This document shows, piece by piece, positions 34,430 through 46,723 of a stretch of DNA of 64,000 nucleotides. The notes under the pieces were generated by a model. The model ran no database searches and was not told where the DNA came from. It saw only the letters and a list, made by a program, of their open reading frames with translations. Origin of the DNA: Eremomyces bilateralis CBS 781.70 (Eukaryota); NCBI GenBank assembly GCA_010015585.1, contig ML975162.1. The stretch is one strand, 5' to 3'. How positions within the stretch are numbered: position 1 is the stretch's first letter; each line of letters starts with the position of its first letter. The position numbers were made by a program, and so were the translations under genes.

Positions 34430-35724
34430 CTTCTCGCCTCATGAGTCTGAGCTCTACTGAGACTCAGGAGCATAAGGAGTCTCAAAAGGTACCTCGGCCT
34501 GGGGGTAATGCGAGCCAAATGTCGTCGCTCCCCTGTTGTCCAATCGATGATAGCAGAGTGCGAAGCTACGCGGTTCTATTCTTCACCTTAGCCACACTGT
34601 TACCACTTAGATCTTGATAGAGCTGAACCAACATCCCAAATAACCACAGTCCCGGGAGCCCACCTAACGCGAGCCTGATAGTCAATACCACGGCTAATAT
34701 GGTTGTATAAGAAGTTCAAGAGCGCCTCGCTCTCTTCGTTCTTAAACCCGACGATACTTCGGGTAACTTTATGGTAATTAGCAAAGGCTTAAGCGGTGGT
34801 ATATGATGACTTACAAACGCTGTTTACATATAAGGCTTTCTGGCCAGTTGCCGGGTGAGTGCGCACGATAGGATGCTCCGAAGTAATAGGTTCTCGTCTT
34901 ACTACTCCACCCAGTTTCCTACTAAACTCGGATTGTTCGACTCCAGAATGGACCGCCTTAAGTCCATGCAAGCGATCCTTTAGGAGGGGCGACAATCGAT
35001 TGTACGCCTCGACCTGGTTGACAAATGCAGTGTCACCACCAACTTGTGGAACATCCAAGGCGTATAAAAATGTGGTGCCTAGTGGCTGCTTCTCGTATGA
35101 GACGTCGGAGTGCCATGAGACACTACTAGTCCGTTTGGCCAATAATGAGTCAAATCGCCCGAATTCCCATTTCGATGCACCATATGGAGCTCAGGATAAC
35201 CCTCGGGGCTTCCGCTAGTTGGATGGATGTGATGACGGCCGAAATAGCCTCCAAAGTCGAGGGCGTCCTGGATTGGGAGGTCGGTAAGGTCCTAGTCGCG
35301 GAAGGCGACAACCTTTCGCTGGGCAACGAGCAAGGCGAGCTGGTCTTTACCAGCGTCGCTGAGCTTGCTGAGCTGGACCCCAGTGACCTCTGATCCCGTG
35401 GTGGGAGTGAGATGCTGGAGCTTGGAGCCTTCAGTTAGAAGGTCCTTAAAGCCTGGATCCGCCCCTTTGCCGTGCTCGATATGCTCGAATGGCTGGAGGG
35501 GTTCGTATTTCTGGCTATGGTCCCAGATTGGCAGATAATGCGGGGACTATGCTATCGTTAGTCCACGTCTACAGCAACTGGAGTGTGACAATATACACTC
35601 GCTGTGACCCTATCACCCTCTTCGTCAATTGCCCTTCGAACTCTGGGCTTCTCCTTAATGGGTTGAGGATTGGCCTGTACGGAGATGGGAATATTTTCCG
35701 CTTGGTAGATGTGACCGTGGCCAT
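34430..35724 (-). pseudogene. TauD/JLP1-type alpha-ketoglutarate-dependent sulfonate dioxygenase pseudogene
   Basis: WHSDVSYE, GGDTAF, HPIVRTHPATG, VIWD|NR.ASH motifs. In-frame TAG at 35292-35294 (FRD*D), plus apparent frameshifts near 35700, 35160 and 34500. Confidence 0.88.
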
Positions 35725-37468
35725 TTTCTGGTCAATAGAAGGCGATGATCTAGGTGGTCTCAGTCTCTGGCAATGGATTAAAAGAATAGCCGAGCCTAGA
35801 TCCTCTATCAATCAATAGCCAAGTCACGAGCTACCTGGAATAAATACTCCATAGCCTTCGAAACAATCAACATGATAATGCGTCGACATCGGATATAACG
35901 GCACCAATAGGGTTTCAAAGTATGGTCATTTGACAACCCGTTATGGATTGACTCGCAGGTTGCTCTAATGGTTCACCATCTAACTTTGGTGTCATCCTTT
36001 AACACGATGGCGTATGAGTTGCACAAGATTCCCTCATTTGAACAGACCAATTGGCAAGTCTTCCAAGACAGAGCAGGGTCGTAATCTCATACACTACAGA
36101 TCCAGTTATCCGAAGACACTGTTCGGTGTACTTGCTGATGCATAGATGCATAGATGCATATTTTAAACTGGTGGATGCTTTAATTGCGCGATCGACACCT
36201 CGAGAATTGCAGGAATCCCAACCCTTTCTACTCACAGTTAAGACAGAGCGATCCCAAGTGTACGACATTTATCAGCTCATCATCATACTAAAATAATCGT
36301 CTCAACGATTTGTCCCCTGGTCCTTGGCAAGCGGTCCAGTGCTGTAATGCTGATTCTATTAAGGATCGATGGACTGTGAACGCAGATTGCGTTATGTCGA
36401 CCATGAAATGATACAATCAAGGCGTCGTGGGGGATGATTACCCATCTTTCCCCTATATGCTCCGCGTTCAGGGTATACGGCAAGGTCTCTATAACGTGAA
36501 ATCAAGGAGAGAATTCGAAAGTAATGAGGTGAAGTAGACTTCTTAATAATATCAGGATGTCGGATCATAACTCTGCGGTGTCAGAGAAGGCTGAAGTGGT
36601 GATGGGGCTGGACACAGCAGGGACTGGAGTTTGTCTACCGTACCGTACAGGTACATGCCTTAAGGAGCAATTTCATGCCTTAGGCCGTTATCAGTGGTTC
36701 AACAGCACGGTTGGGAGATGAACCGGTATCCAGTGCAGGGATTCAAACCCCCTTCCGAGTGGCTCACCATCGCGAGTTGCATGCGTAATTCCAGCTGGGG
36801 TTGGACTGGGCAGGCCGCATCACACTGCATTCAGGCTGGTAATACTGCCTGTAGAGTGAGGTCCTCTGCGGTGGATGAAAGCCCAGATAATACCCCTGTC
36901 TAAATTACCTTGGCACTGTGACAACCAAACGCAGGGGCCCAGACTTCATCTTCTGAGTACATTTCTACTAGTTATGCGTATATCCCCCGTGCATAGTAGA
37001 AGAGGTAGAACTTAGAAGAGAACGACCTTGGCTATAATCGTAGATCATGACTTCAGTAAGCTAATTGATCACATCATACTCACTCCGGATGTCATATTGT
37101 TCCTAGTTACTGTGCGTAGGAAGAAAGAGCATATCACTCCGGCGTTCGATACTAGCGCATCATTTCTTAAGTATTATGCATCAATGAGACGATAGAAGAG
37201 ATGGAATTTGATCTGCATCTCGGGGAAATGGGTGCTGAAAACCTATCAATCACCTCATATTTGCAATAAATGTTATGTCATTTCAAGTTCTCGTCGGAAG
37301 GAAGATGGGGGTACACGTTGCTTACTATCGTTGCTACATCAGTGTTTATAGAGCCTCATTAACGCTGTGAAAATTTCGAGAAGCGCATTTTATCCTTCTT
37401 TTCTTACCCTGATCCATCTACTTAGAAAAATTGGAACAGACCCCTATTCCTACCTGCTCTACAACAGC

Positions 37469-39774
37469 ATGACAGACCAACCCCACAAGGACAAATCGGA
37501 AGAGAGGTCGGAAGAGAGGTCGGACGATAGTTCTAGACCATCGTTCGAACAGATTGCCGTAGGACCTACGGTGACGAAAGTTGTCTTGGACGATGCAAAG
37601 CTGGTGACAGCAAAAGGCAACATTATCACCAAGGACGGAGCTATCGTGCGCACTGGAGATGATGATTTGGACAATTCGGCCAATCCCTTTGCGGATCCCC
37701 AGGTTCGAGACTACTTCATTGGTGTCTATGAGGAAGCAAAATACGAGTGTCGACATATCTTCGACGCGGCTGCTACATGGACAGAAGAAGAGGAGCGGAA
37801 GATTGTTAGGAGACTCGACTGGCATGGTATGTACACTACCTACGTATCTAGGGATTCGACTGACTATTATTTATAATAGTTTGCTTATGGGCATGTATCA
37901 TGTTCTTCAGTCTACAGATTGATCGTGGAAATCTTAGTCAAGCCGTTTCGGGAACTTTCTTAACGGATCTTCACCTTAATACAAACGGTGGGTAGGCCAA
38001 CCCTTGCCTTTCAAATGATATCTGACTTAGAGCATTAGATTACAATCTTGGAAATATCGTGTTTAAGGTGTCGTTCCTCTTGGCCGAGTTACCCTCTCAA
38101 TTAATCTCAAAAAAGTTTGGCCCAGACCGCTGGATTCCTACCCAAATGGTTTTATGGTCCATCGTCGCTATGGCACAAGCGGGGCTTCAAGGCAAACCCG
38201 AATTTCTTGCAACTCGTTCTCTGCTTGGAATGCTTGAGGTACATTAGCTGGTTTCTATAACGCTTCCCTACTGATTGGATCAAATTTAGGGCGGCTTTAT
38301 TCCGGATCTGGTACTTTGGCTCTCCTACTTCTACACCAGCCGGGAGCTCCCTATCAGGTTGAGTTTCTTCTGGACAGCCTTGAGCATCACGGGTATCATT
38401 GCTTCGCTGCTTGCCTATGGAATCTTCCATCTCGAAGGCCACCATGGTCTTGCAGGCTGGAGGTAGAGTTCCATTTGCTTCATTCTTGGATGATGATTGA
38501 CACGATTTTAGGTGGATCTTCTTAATTGAAGGAGCGATGACACTTGCTATTGGCATTGTGTCTTTCTTCTTAATGCCGGCATCTGCGGCCCAGACTAAGA
38601 CGTGGTTTCGACCTAAGGGATGGTTTACTGATCGCGAACTTACCATAGTAGTGAACAGAGTGCTACGAGACGATCCCCGCAAAGGTGACTTAAACCTATA
38701 TTTCGAGGGGAGCCGAGACTGATCTATTGTAATAGGAGATATGCATAATCGACAGGCAATTACCCCAAGTCGACTATGGTCTGCACTGAAAGATTATGAT
38801 CTCTGGCCGGTAAGTATCTCCTTCACCGGGACACCAGCGGATGCTAACTGTGGATCAAGCTTTATATGATCGGCCTTATCTGCTATGTTCCAGCAGCGCC
38901 ACCTGCTGCCTATCTTACGCAAATTCTTCGGAATCTTGGGTTCAGCACGGTACATATTCTCCCTCACTGACGTTCTACCAGCTAATATATTTAGTTCAAC
39001 ACCAACCTTCTTACCATCCCATCTTCAGTGACTCATATGATCACTCTTCTGAGCGTTACCTGGTTAAGCGAAAGAATTAATCAACGCGCTTATCTCGCCA
39101 TGCTACAGGATGTATGGACCCTTCCTTGCATCATTGCTCTCAGATTTTGGCCTGGTCTTATGAAACAACAATGGGCAACATATGGTCTACTTGTGACGTT
39201 GCTAAGCTATCCATATTGCCATGCTATTAACGTGTAAGAGCCATTTAATATCCCCCACTGTTAAATAGGTGCAAACTCGCGACTGGAGCTGATGACTTTC
39301 GGCATTTGTAGGGCCTGGGTGTCGAGGAACTCGAACAACGTTGCCTCTCGTAGCGTATCTGCCGCACTATTCAATAGTAAGCTACGTCCCTTTCGGCTTC
39401 AAGTACCACCTGACCTAACGACTCCGTACCAGTGAATGTCCAACTTGGCGGCATCATCTCGTCGAACATCTATCGTGACGATGACAAGCCGTTGTATAGG
39501 CGAGGCAACCAAGTCTTGATTGGAATCAACGTACTGAGCATATGTCTGTTTCTCTTCGCAAAAGTATACTACGTCACGAAGAATAAAATTCGTGATCGCA
39601 AATGGAATGCGATGACTCCTGAGGTGCGTATTCCGGGTCTGGCTTCCTGGATGCTGTCTATTCAAGTCAAGACTTCGTGCCGAGTGCTGACTATCACCTT
39701 AGGAGCGCATTGACTACACATACAATACTACGGATACTGCAAGTCGACGACTCGACTTCCGATTTGCACATTGA
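37469..39774 (+). CDS. MFS anion:cation symporter (Dal5 family), SOA1/AstA-like sulfonate/sulfate transporter, multi-exon
   Basis: [75 protein letters not shown], ending RLDFRFAH*. Exons appear intact. Confidence 0.88.
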
Positions 39775-39899
39775 GACTCAACGTCTGATATATCGAACTC
39801 ACTTGTCCGCATGAAAGCGCCAGCCCGTGCAGCAAAGTGGAACTACAGACTGTCTGACAAGAACTCGATTAACCTTACCCGTAGGAATCAACGTCATTC

Positions 39900-42318
39900 A
39901 TTGGTTCCAAACGATATCGCTTTGATCACCATCTCCTGTTGATGTCGAAACATTTCTTGAAAAAATCCCTTCATATCATAGCGATGCTTCCTCTCCTGGA
40001 TAGACATTACAATACATCTGTGGTTCCAAAGCAGGGGCTTATCTACAGGATAGTTCCTATTATTGAACATACCAACAAATAGGATGTAATCTTCAAACGA
40101 ATCGACTTCCAAGTGTACGGCTGAGTGAAAATCGCTGATTGCAATAGCATTCCAATTTGACTTTTGGACTAATTATTGAGATACAAAGCTGGTAGACAGT
40201 ACACCCTAATCTACGTCGAATCTTGTCTTCACCTTTTCCCTCTTCTTCATTACCATTACGTACATGGACGGAAGAATTCGAAGCAATAGTAGCTGTCCTG
40301 TGTATGCTAATATTATTTGATGGAATAAGATGGTTCGAAATAGGTTGTACCGGCTATAGAGTAAAGCGCGATCAGAGAACAGGAATGGCTGTTAAGAAGC
40401 TCCACTTGTATAGAGTCTTCAAGAACGCGGATATGGTATCGTTTAATTCGCCAATTATCGGCCTGAGCTGATGCATTCGCCCGAGTCATCTCGGCCTGAT
40501 CAACAATTTCATCTACTAATAACGTGGCAAGATGATGTACCACGGCAAGACGGATTCATTCTTCGGTTGTTTCCGAAGACCATAATATTAGATCATAATA
40601 TTACATGCCCTGGTGTCGACGGGTCTCGGCAGGAAAGGACGGCGGACGAAGGCAAACACACGAGTGGTAGAACGCCAGCCATTGGGAGCTGTCCCTCTGT
40701 TCCACTCCTGCTGGATTATCTATAAGCTGGCTCGTTCTCATGTATGTAGTATCAACTGCACGGCTTTGGAAGTATCAAGTAAACCTCGCTACAATTGAAT
40801 ATGCCTTCCAGTTATTGTAGCGTCTCCCCGTGGAGGGGGAAGCTGACGCTACACCGGAATGGGACTAGCGTCATTCACCATCGCTCTTCCACTGAACTGA
40901 CTGATGCTGCAAAACTCGGCTTTTTACAACACTTTCCCTGCTCCAGGTATGACATGCAGAGAAAAACTGTCCTGAATTTTACATAAACCACGAGGGGGCC
41001 CATTCAGGGCCATCGAATGCGACTTGATCGCGGTAAAGATCCAACATCTGCTCGTTTCCACCAAGTTCGTCCCTGAAATTGGAAATAAGAGCACAGCGCC
41101 ACTCCAATAACAGAGAGTCGGCAATGCTTGATAAAGGTCCATGCTCTTCTACCCTGGGAAGCAGGAACATCTATATCCAGGATTTAGTCTGCCAAGAAAT
41201 CGGAGACGCAGTTTTCAGTATGACCCTATATATCGTTTCTGATAATTTCTCCATTTAGCAGATGTTGAGTCGAGGCCCAGACTGACACATGAAAATGGGT
41301 TGTCTTTGGTACCGATGCGGCAGCCATACCCACAAACATTGGTAGTAATTGGAAAAGAATCTTTTCGGGACTGGATGCCACGACTGCTCAAGTCTCTCAG
41401 GATACGGATCGTCACAGGTTTTTGGCTTGGGTTCCCATAGCCATCATAACCATAGTCGTGAAGCACGGAGTATTTGTGTGGCTTCCGGAGAATGGTATTA
41501 CACCGCCCTTCACCAAGGGTATTGATCCTTGGGTGTTTGAGATACTCTCTGCTAAGCAGAATTTGGTGCCCCTTTCTTTAAAATCAACTGCTCGGACCTT
41601 AGCATCCTGAGGGAGCGTCCCAATATAAGTAGGCTTTGGAGACCGGGGTTATGACGGATGAGCCTCATTTTCATCCCACACTCGTAATCTTCTCGAAATA
41701 TCCAAGCTCTTTCCCAGAATTGATCACTAACGATGAAAAATAAGAGGTCTAGCAACCTGAACTTTGAGGTTTGCTGTCGGGCAAAGTCACCGTTCATGAA
41801 ACGCGCAAGGAGATTCATCTCTTGTTAGGTTTGGATATTAGCCGCAAGGAACCTACCAGCGTACCGACAGTTCTTATATACGAAATCCATTGAATTGACG
41901 GCAGATTTTAACTTGGTTTCATCGTTTTGGTTGATGGAAAGATGGTCGACCTAAAAAGGTATCATCTCTCCGGTGTTTTCGATGAAATCTATGATCCCGT
42001 TAGTAACAATATTGCGAACCTTAGTGCGTTCCCCTCTCTCGAGTGAGTATACCTCTTTGGAGATATTTTCGCCTGGAGATGGACGCCAAGGATAAGAGAC
42101 GGCAACATAATTTGCTTTCGCATTCGGAAGCATCTAAAGTGGTTTTCCGTAACGCCCTCCTCCGATATACATGAAAGCATTCAATCTTCTGGAAAAGTCA
42201 TGAAACTTCCAATTTGATCCGTTTTGGTCTTTAAACGTCTCAATGATCCAATGATTCAGGGACCTCCACGTTCGTTTCGGATTGCTTGAAGCAAAGGCTA
42301 TTTTTGATCCTGCGCCAT
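39900..42318 (-). pseudogene. HET-domain (heterokaryon incompatibility) protein pseudogene; 3' end approximate
   Basis: YVAVSYPW, F*VDHLSINQND, AVNSMDFVYK and FWERAWIFRE HET blocks. Stops at 41951-41953 and 41825-41827; fragmented downstream. Confidence 0.8.
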
Positions 42319-42649
42319 CTTAGTGTAACCTCTTTTGGTTGAGCTTATGCCAAATTAGAACTGAAGTAATTAGTTATAACTAGTTAGGATCCCTGATCTG
42401 TCAAATGTAACCAACTAAGCTAAATCCCCAAAAAGGGACGCCCCTACTAGGAGGCTAGTAGAAGGGCAGATATAGCTAAGGTAATTTTCCTGTGACATGA
42501 TCTATCCATAGTAAGACGTTCCGCGCAAACACTAGGAAGGAAGACCAATAAGTTGAGCACTCGGCACATTGGTGACCCGCCGACCCCCATAAACGAGAGT
42601 ATTGCACCCAGAGCTCTAAGTTAAGCGTGTTCGAGTTAGTAGTTAGTTA

Positions 42650-43513
42650 ACAAAATTGGGCATCATTAGTATGTACTTTAATCTCCGAATCATTTGGCAG
42701 TACTACGATATCGGCGAGACACGTGACCGGTTCCAGCCACCTGTTTGTCACAGAATATCTGTGTTTCTTGGCGTTTCCCCACGGCTTCATTCCGTATTCG
42801 ATTCGATAACCCTATTCTTTCCCTTTTTAGGGAATAGATCACCATTTTAAACCATATAAAATAGCTGCAGGAACAGCCTGTTTTCGTAGGATCTGGCTCT
42901 TCAGGATCAAGTTCAATTTATCTACGCTCTTTTGGAATCTAACGGGGTTTTCCCACCGTGTCGCTGCATTAATCACCTGATTGAGCGAAACCGCTATTTA
43001 TCTCACAAAAGGGACATCCTGTTGCGAAAGTACTTGTGCTCAGAGTCCTTGCTTTTGACTGATACGTTTTGAATCGATCGCAGTGGTAGTAATATCGTGT
43101 TTTGATAGTTATTGGTTTTGTGAGGGTAGCTCTGTTTGACTACGAAGTCGTAGCCATGCTGCATGCCATGGCTCTTAAGAGCGTTATAGGCTTCTTCATA
43201 GGAGGTGTAAAGACAATCCGGAGGGGGTATAATATCCTCCATACTTGGTGCTTGTCATAGACCGACAGGTACTCAATTATAGTAAGTAGTTATTCTGGTA
43301 TTGATAATCTGAATGAGACCTCGAAAGGTTACCAAGGAGTAGAAGGTCTTATAATGCGTTGCGAACGCGTTGCGAACGCGTCGCGAGACTGCTTTGGGAA
43401 ATTATGCGCTAGATTAAATTGGGCGATTAATTTCTATTGTTACTGGCGTTAGGGACAAATCTCATATCATATTGGGGGAAAATCTCAAAATGTTTGGGAC
43501 AAATCTCACCAGC
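42650..43513 (-). mobile_element. truncated Mutator-like fragment (FAR1/WRKY-type DNA-binding N-terminus) with one terminal region, joined to a TA-flanked end of possibly different origin
   Basis: ORF 43242-43003 reads YTSYEEAYNALKSHGMQHGYDFVVKQS, then after a frameshift YYYHCDR...TGCPF. Repeated GGGACAAATCTCA at 43451-43508; left end TA|ACAAAATTGGGCATC. Confidence 0.6.
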
Positions 43514-43545
43514 CTTTTTGAATCGATTCTGAAACTATTCTGATT

Positions 43546-46500
43546 CTATTCCCTACGTCCCAGACCTAGGTAGAGTTCTTGCTCTTTCTGATCATTCTCA
43601 AGTTTCTTTGCGCGGAGCGTCTCTTTCTTCAATTCTAGCTCAATCCGCCTCTCTTCTAGCTGTAACTCTCTTTCCTGTTGCTGAAGCTGCGATTCTCGAA
43701 CCTCATGTGTCTGACGAATAGATTGCTGCGTGGCAACTTGACGAAGAGAGGGAGGTCTGTAATATATTAGTAAAATATTCCGAATATATTCCGAGTGAAT
43801 CTATACCTGAGTGAACTTCTACGATTCCGTTCCGTTGAAGTAGATGTTGATCGAGATAGTCGTCTACGGATAGGAGCTGATTCCTGGGATGATACTGTTG
43901 AGTCAAGGTCGTCGTCCCAACGTCGTCGTCGCCGAGATCCTAAAATATTGATCAACTAACTATAACAAAATGAATAACTAGTTAGTTAGTCATAAAGTAA
44001 TCAAACTTACGATCACGACGTATAACCTCCTGATATCTCTGAGATAGAGACATATTACGATACGTATGGGGCATACCGTATTCTTGTCGATTATCTCGTC
44101 TTTTTAAATCATACTGATCGAGAAGGAGAGCGCTTTTGGAGTTAGTAATATATTCCTAAAATATTCAGAATCTCTTACTAATATATTGCTCTCATCAGAG
44201 GTAGCTTACGCCTAAATGAATTACTCTTAAAATGAGTCTGCTGGACAGCGTTCGTATGATTTCGGGTTCGATCCCACAATTGAGGCGGAATCAAGGAGCA
44301 GTACTTATTAATTCCAGACGCAATCACAGCTCTCTTCTTGTGCTTTGCCCACTCTCGGACTTTTGCGGAGGACTCTGGGTGACCTAAATGTTTTAGAATA
44401 TATTCAATATACATTATGAATACAATTACTTACTCATAAGCTCTTCACAAAGATCATAGTAGTCTTCTTCAGATCGACAGCGGGCTAACTCTCCCATTCT
44501 TGAATGTATTGATGTTGTTGAACGATTTGATGTCCCGGCGGCGCGATCAATAGACCGTTGAAAGTGGATTTGACAGAAGATTACCGTATTCTGAACCTGC
44601 CACTCCCAGGAACGGGATTCGGAATCAAGAGTCGCAAGATATTGCCCAAACCCTAATATATTAGTAATACTTTTTGAATAGCTTCCGAATATATTTCGAA
44701 CCTTCAAGTTGACCAAGTTCCATATCGACGACAACAGTACCGAATCCTCTCCCATGGAGATATTGCCAACAGACTTCTCGTTCTAGCCGAGAAGAGATTA
44801 AAGTAAAGAGGGCTTGAAATGCCTTTTGATAGCAGAGGCTACTTTTACCGTTGACGAAAATCCGCGCGAAGGTAAACGCTATAAACGTTAGAATATATTA
44901 CGAATATGTTCCGAATATTTTATACTCTTCTCAAGTTCGGGGACAAACGCCGCGAGTACAATCTCGTTGATCGAACTCTCGCGAACCCGCTGAAATCCCA
45001 TATCAATTTCAAATGATTCTCTATTAAGAAGAGCCTCCGCCTGCTCTTTGAAGAAACAGGCAATAAGGAGATTCTCTCCATCGAAAAAACATTCTTGAAT
45101 ATACTGATTTATATTAGCAATAATAAATTCATAATAGTTTCACAGCGTGCTACCTGGTCAGGTTTTCCTCCTTGCTTTGAGTACTCGTGCTCGACCGCAG
45201 CAACGGACTCTCCTAATGGATATGATAGGAGTCTTTGCTTCTGAAGCAATGCGCTTACTTTATCAAGGTTTGTAAAGCTCCTATGAACATCAGGCAGAGA
45301 AGTCCCTTGATATTGGGTACAGAAGGCTCGCATTTGCGGATGCTTCAGAAGGCCGGCTGTGAAAGTAAAATATTAGTAATGTATTCGAAATAGTTTTGTA
45401 AGATCTTACCAAGTGTGAGTGAAGGGTTATTGATTCTCTGAATGACCTGAAGGATTTGCTCAAGGTACTGCTGCGGTGTTCTCGTTGGTGGTGGTGGAGG
45501 ATGACTATGCGTTCCACTTGATACCCATACTAGATATGGAGTTCTATCCATATCGAGTGGTTGGAAGACGGTAAAAAGGACCTGGCAAGGCAAAGACACA
45601 AGTTTCCCTTGACCCTGGGTATGATCCACGCCTAAAATATTTAGAAGATATTCGGAATGTGTTCTAATAATATTCATACCACATGTTTTCGCTCGACTAT
45701 TCTGCTGCTTTAGTATAGTACAGACCTCGGACGTAGTATCTTGTACTCCGCTATTGAAGACGGTCTGTAGAAACTCGATCTCAGGGTAGAGTTGTCCTGG
45801 TACCAGTTTCATGAAATGATTTGATCCTGGCGTAGAATTTCTACAAGCAACGTAGAAATTAGGAACTCCAGAAACAGTCTAAGTATGTTAGAATTTATTC
45901 GGAATACAATAAAGAAGCGAAAACCCTGGAATGACCTACCACCTGGTTGCTTTGAAAGATATGAGGATTACAGGAATAATCCTGTATATCCTTACATGCT
46001 TTTTCTTTTGCAAATACAGCTTGTATGGATTGAAAGAAGCTACTATCGTTAATAAACCAGGAATATATTCTAAATGTATTCAGAATTCATTATCACCTGT
46101 TTGCGTTCCGCTTAACACTTGAAATCTTATGTTCCTGACGAATTTCTTGTACTCTCGTCCAGTCGGGCTCTTGAACACTAGTATGATGCATTTCATAGAG
46201 CTCAGGCGCGAGAAACTCGCACGCCTTGACTCCTGTGCATCGATAACTGATACGGTAGCATCTTACATTATCGAGTATTCGAGCTTTGGATTCATGTTTC
46301 GACCACTTGAGCGCAGATGAATATTGAACCTGTAAAATATTAGTAATATATTCGGAATATATATTAAGTTCATACCGTATCAAGCTGATTCGGTCGATTC
46401 ACCAAGTTGATTCCTGATAAATTCACGATATACGCCACGCCATCATCAGATGTATCTGGATAGTCAGGTAGACATGGAGCATGTATTACCTTTCTTACTA

Positions 46501-46723
46501 TAATCTCATGACTTTGGTAATCAGAGATTATAATAGGATCATCTTCAGGCGGGAGAGAGGGACGCGACTAATATATTAGTATAATATTCAGAAAATATTA
46601 GAAAACCAAGCGCACCGAATCTTCTGTAAAAGTGTCTGAATCAAGTTCGGGATAAACGTCGCCTTCGACATCGTCTATTGTCGACCACGAGGTAGAAAAT
46701 CTGACTGAAGGAAATTGACTCAT
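43546..46723 (-). CDS. intron-rich Mutator-like (DDE, CxxH) transposase, 14 exons, 833 aa
   Basis: Introns: 46568-46615, 46330-46375, 46040-46096, 45879-45939, 45632-45679, 45357-45409, 45104-45153, 44879-44925, 44653-44701, 44384-44433, 44133-44178, 43940-44010, 43757-43806. All are GT-AG and phase-compatible; the exons total 2502 nt with no internal stop. Motifs GTHSHPPPP, SFEIDMGFQRV, VVVDMELGQ, FCQIHFQR, HTNAVQQTH. Confidence 0.82.

Noticed and set aside
35986..35995. CYS3/MetR site in the TauD-transporter intergenic region
   Set aside because: TTGGTGTCAT is only a 9/10 match to a degenerate consensus, which is expected by chance in 1.7 kb.
22053..39774. Sulfur-metabolism cluster joining cysA with TauD/SOA1
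   Set aside because: More than 10 kb and several unrelated genes separate them, and cysA belongs to the core arm.
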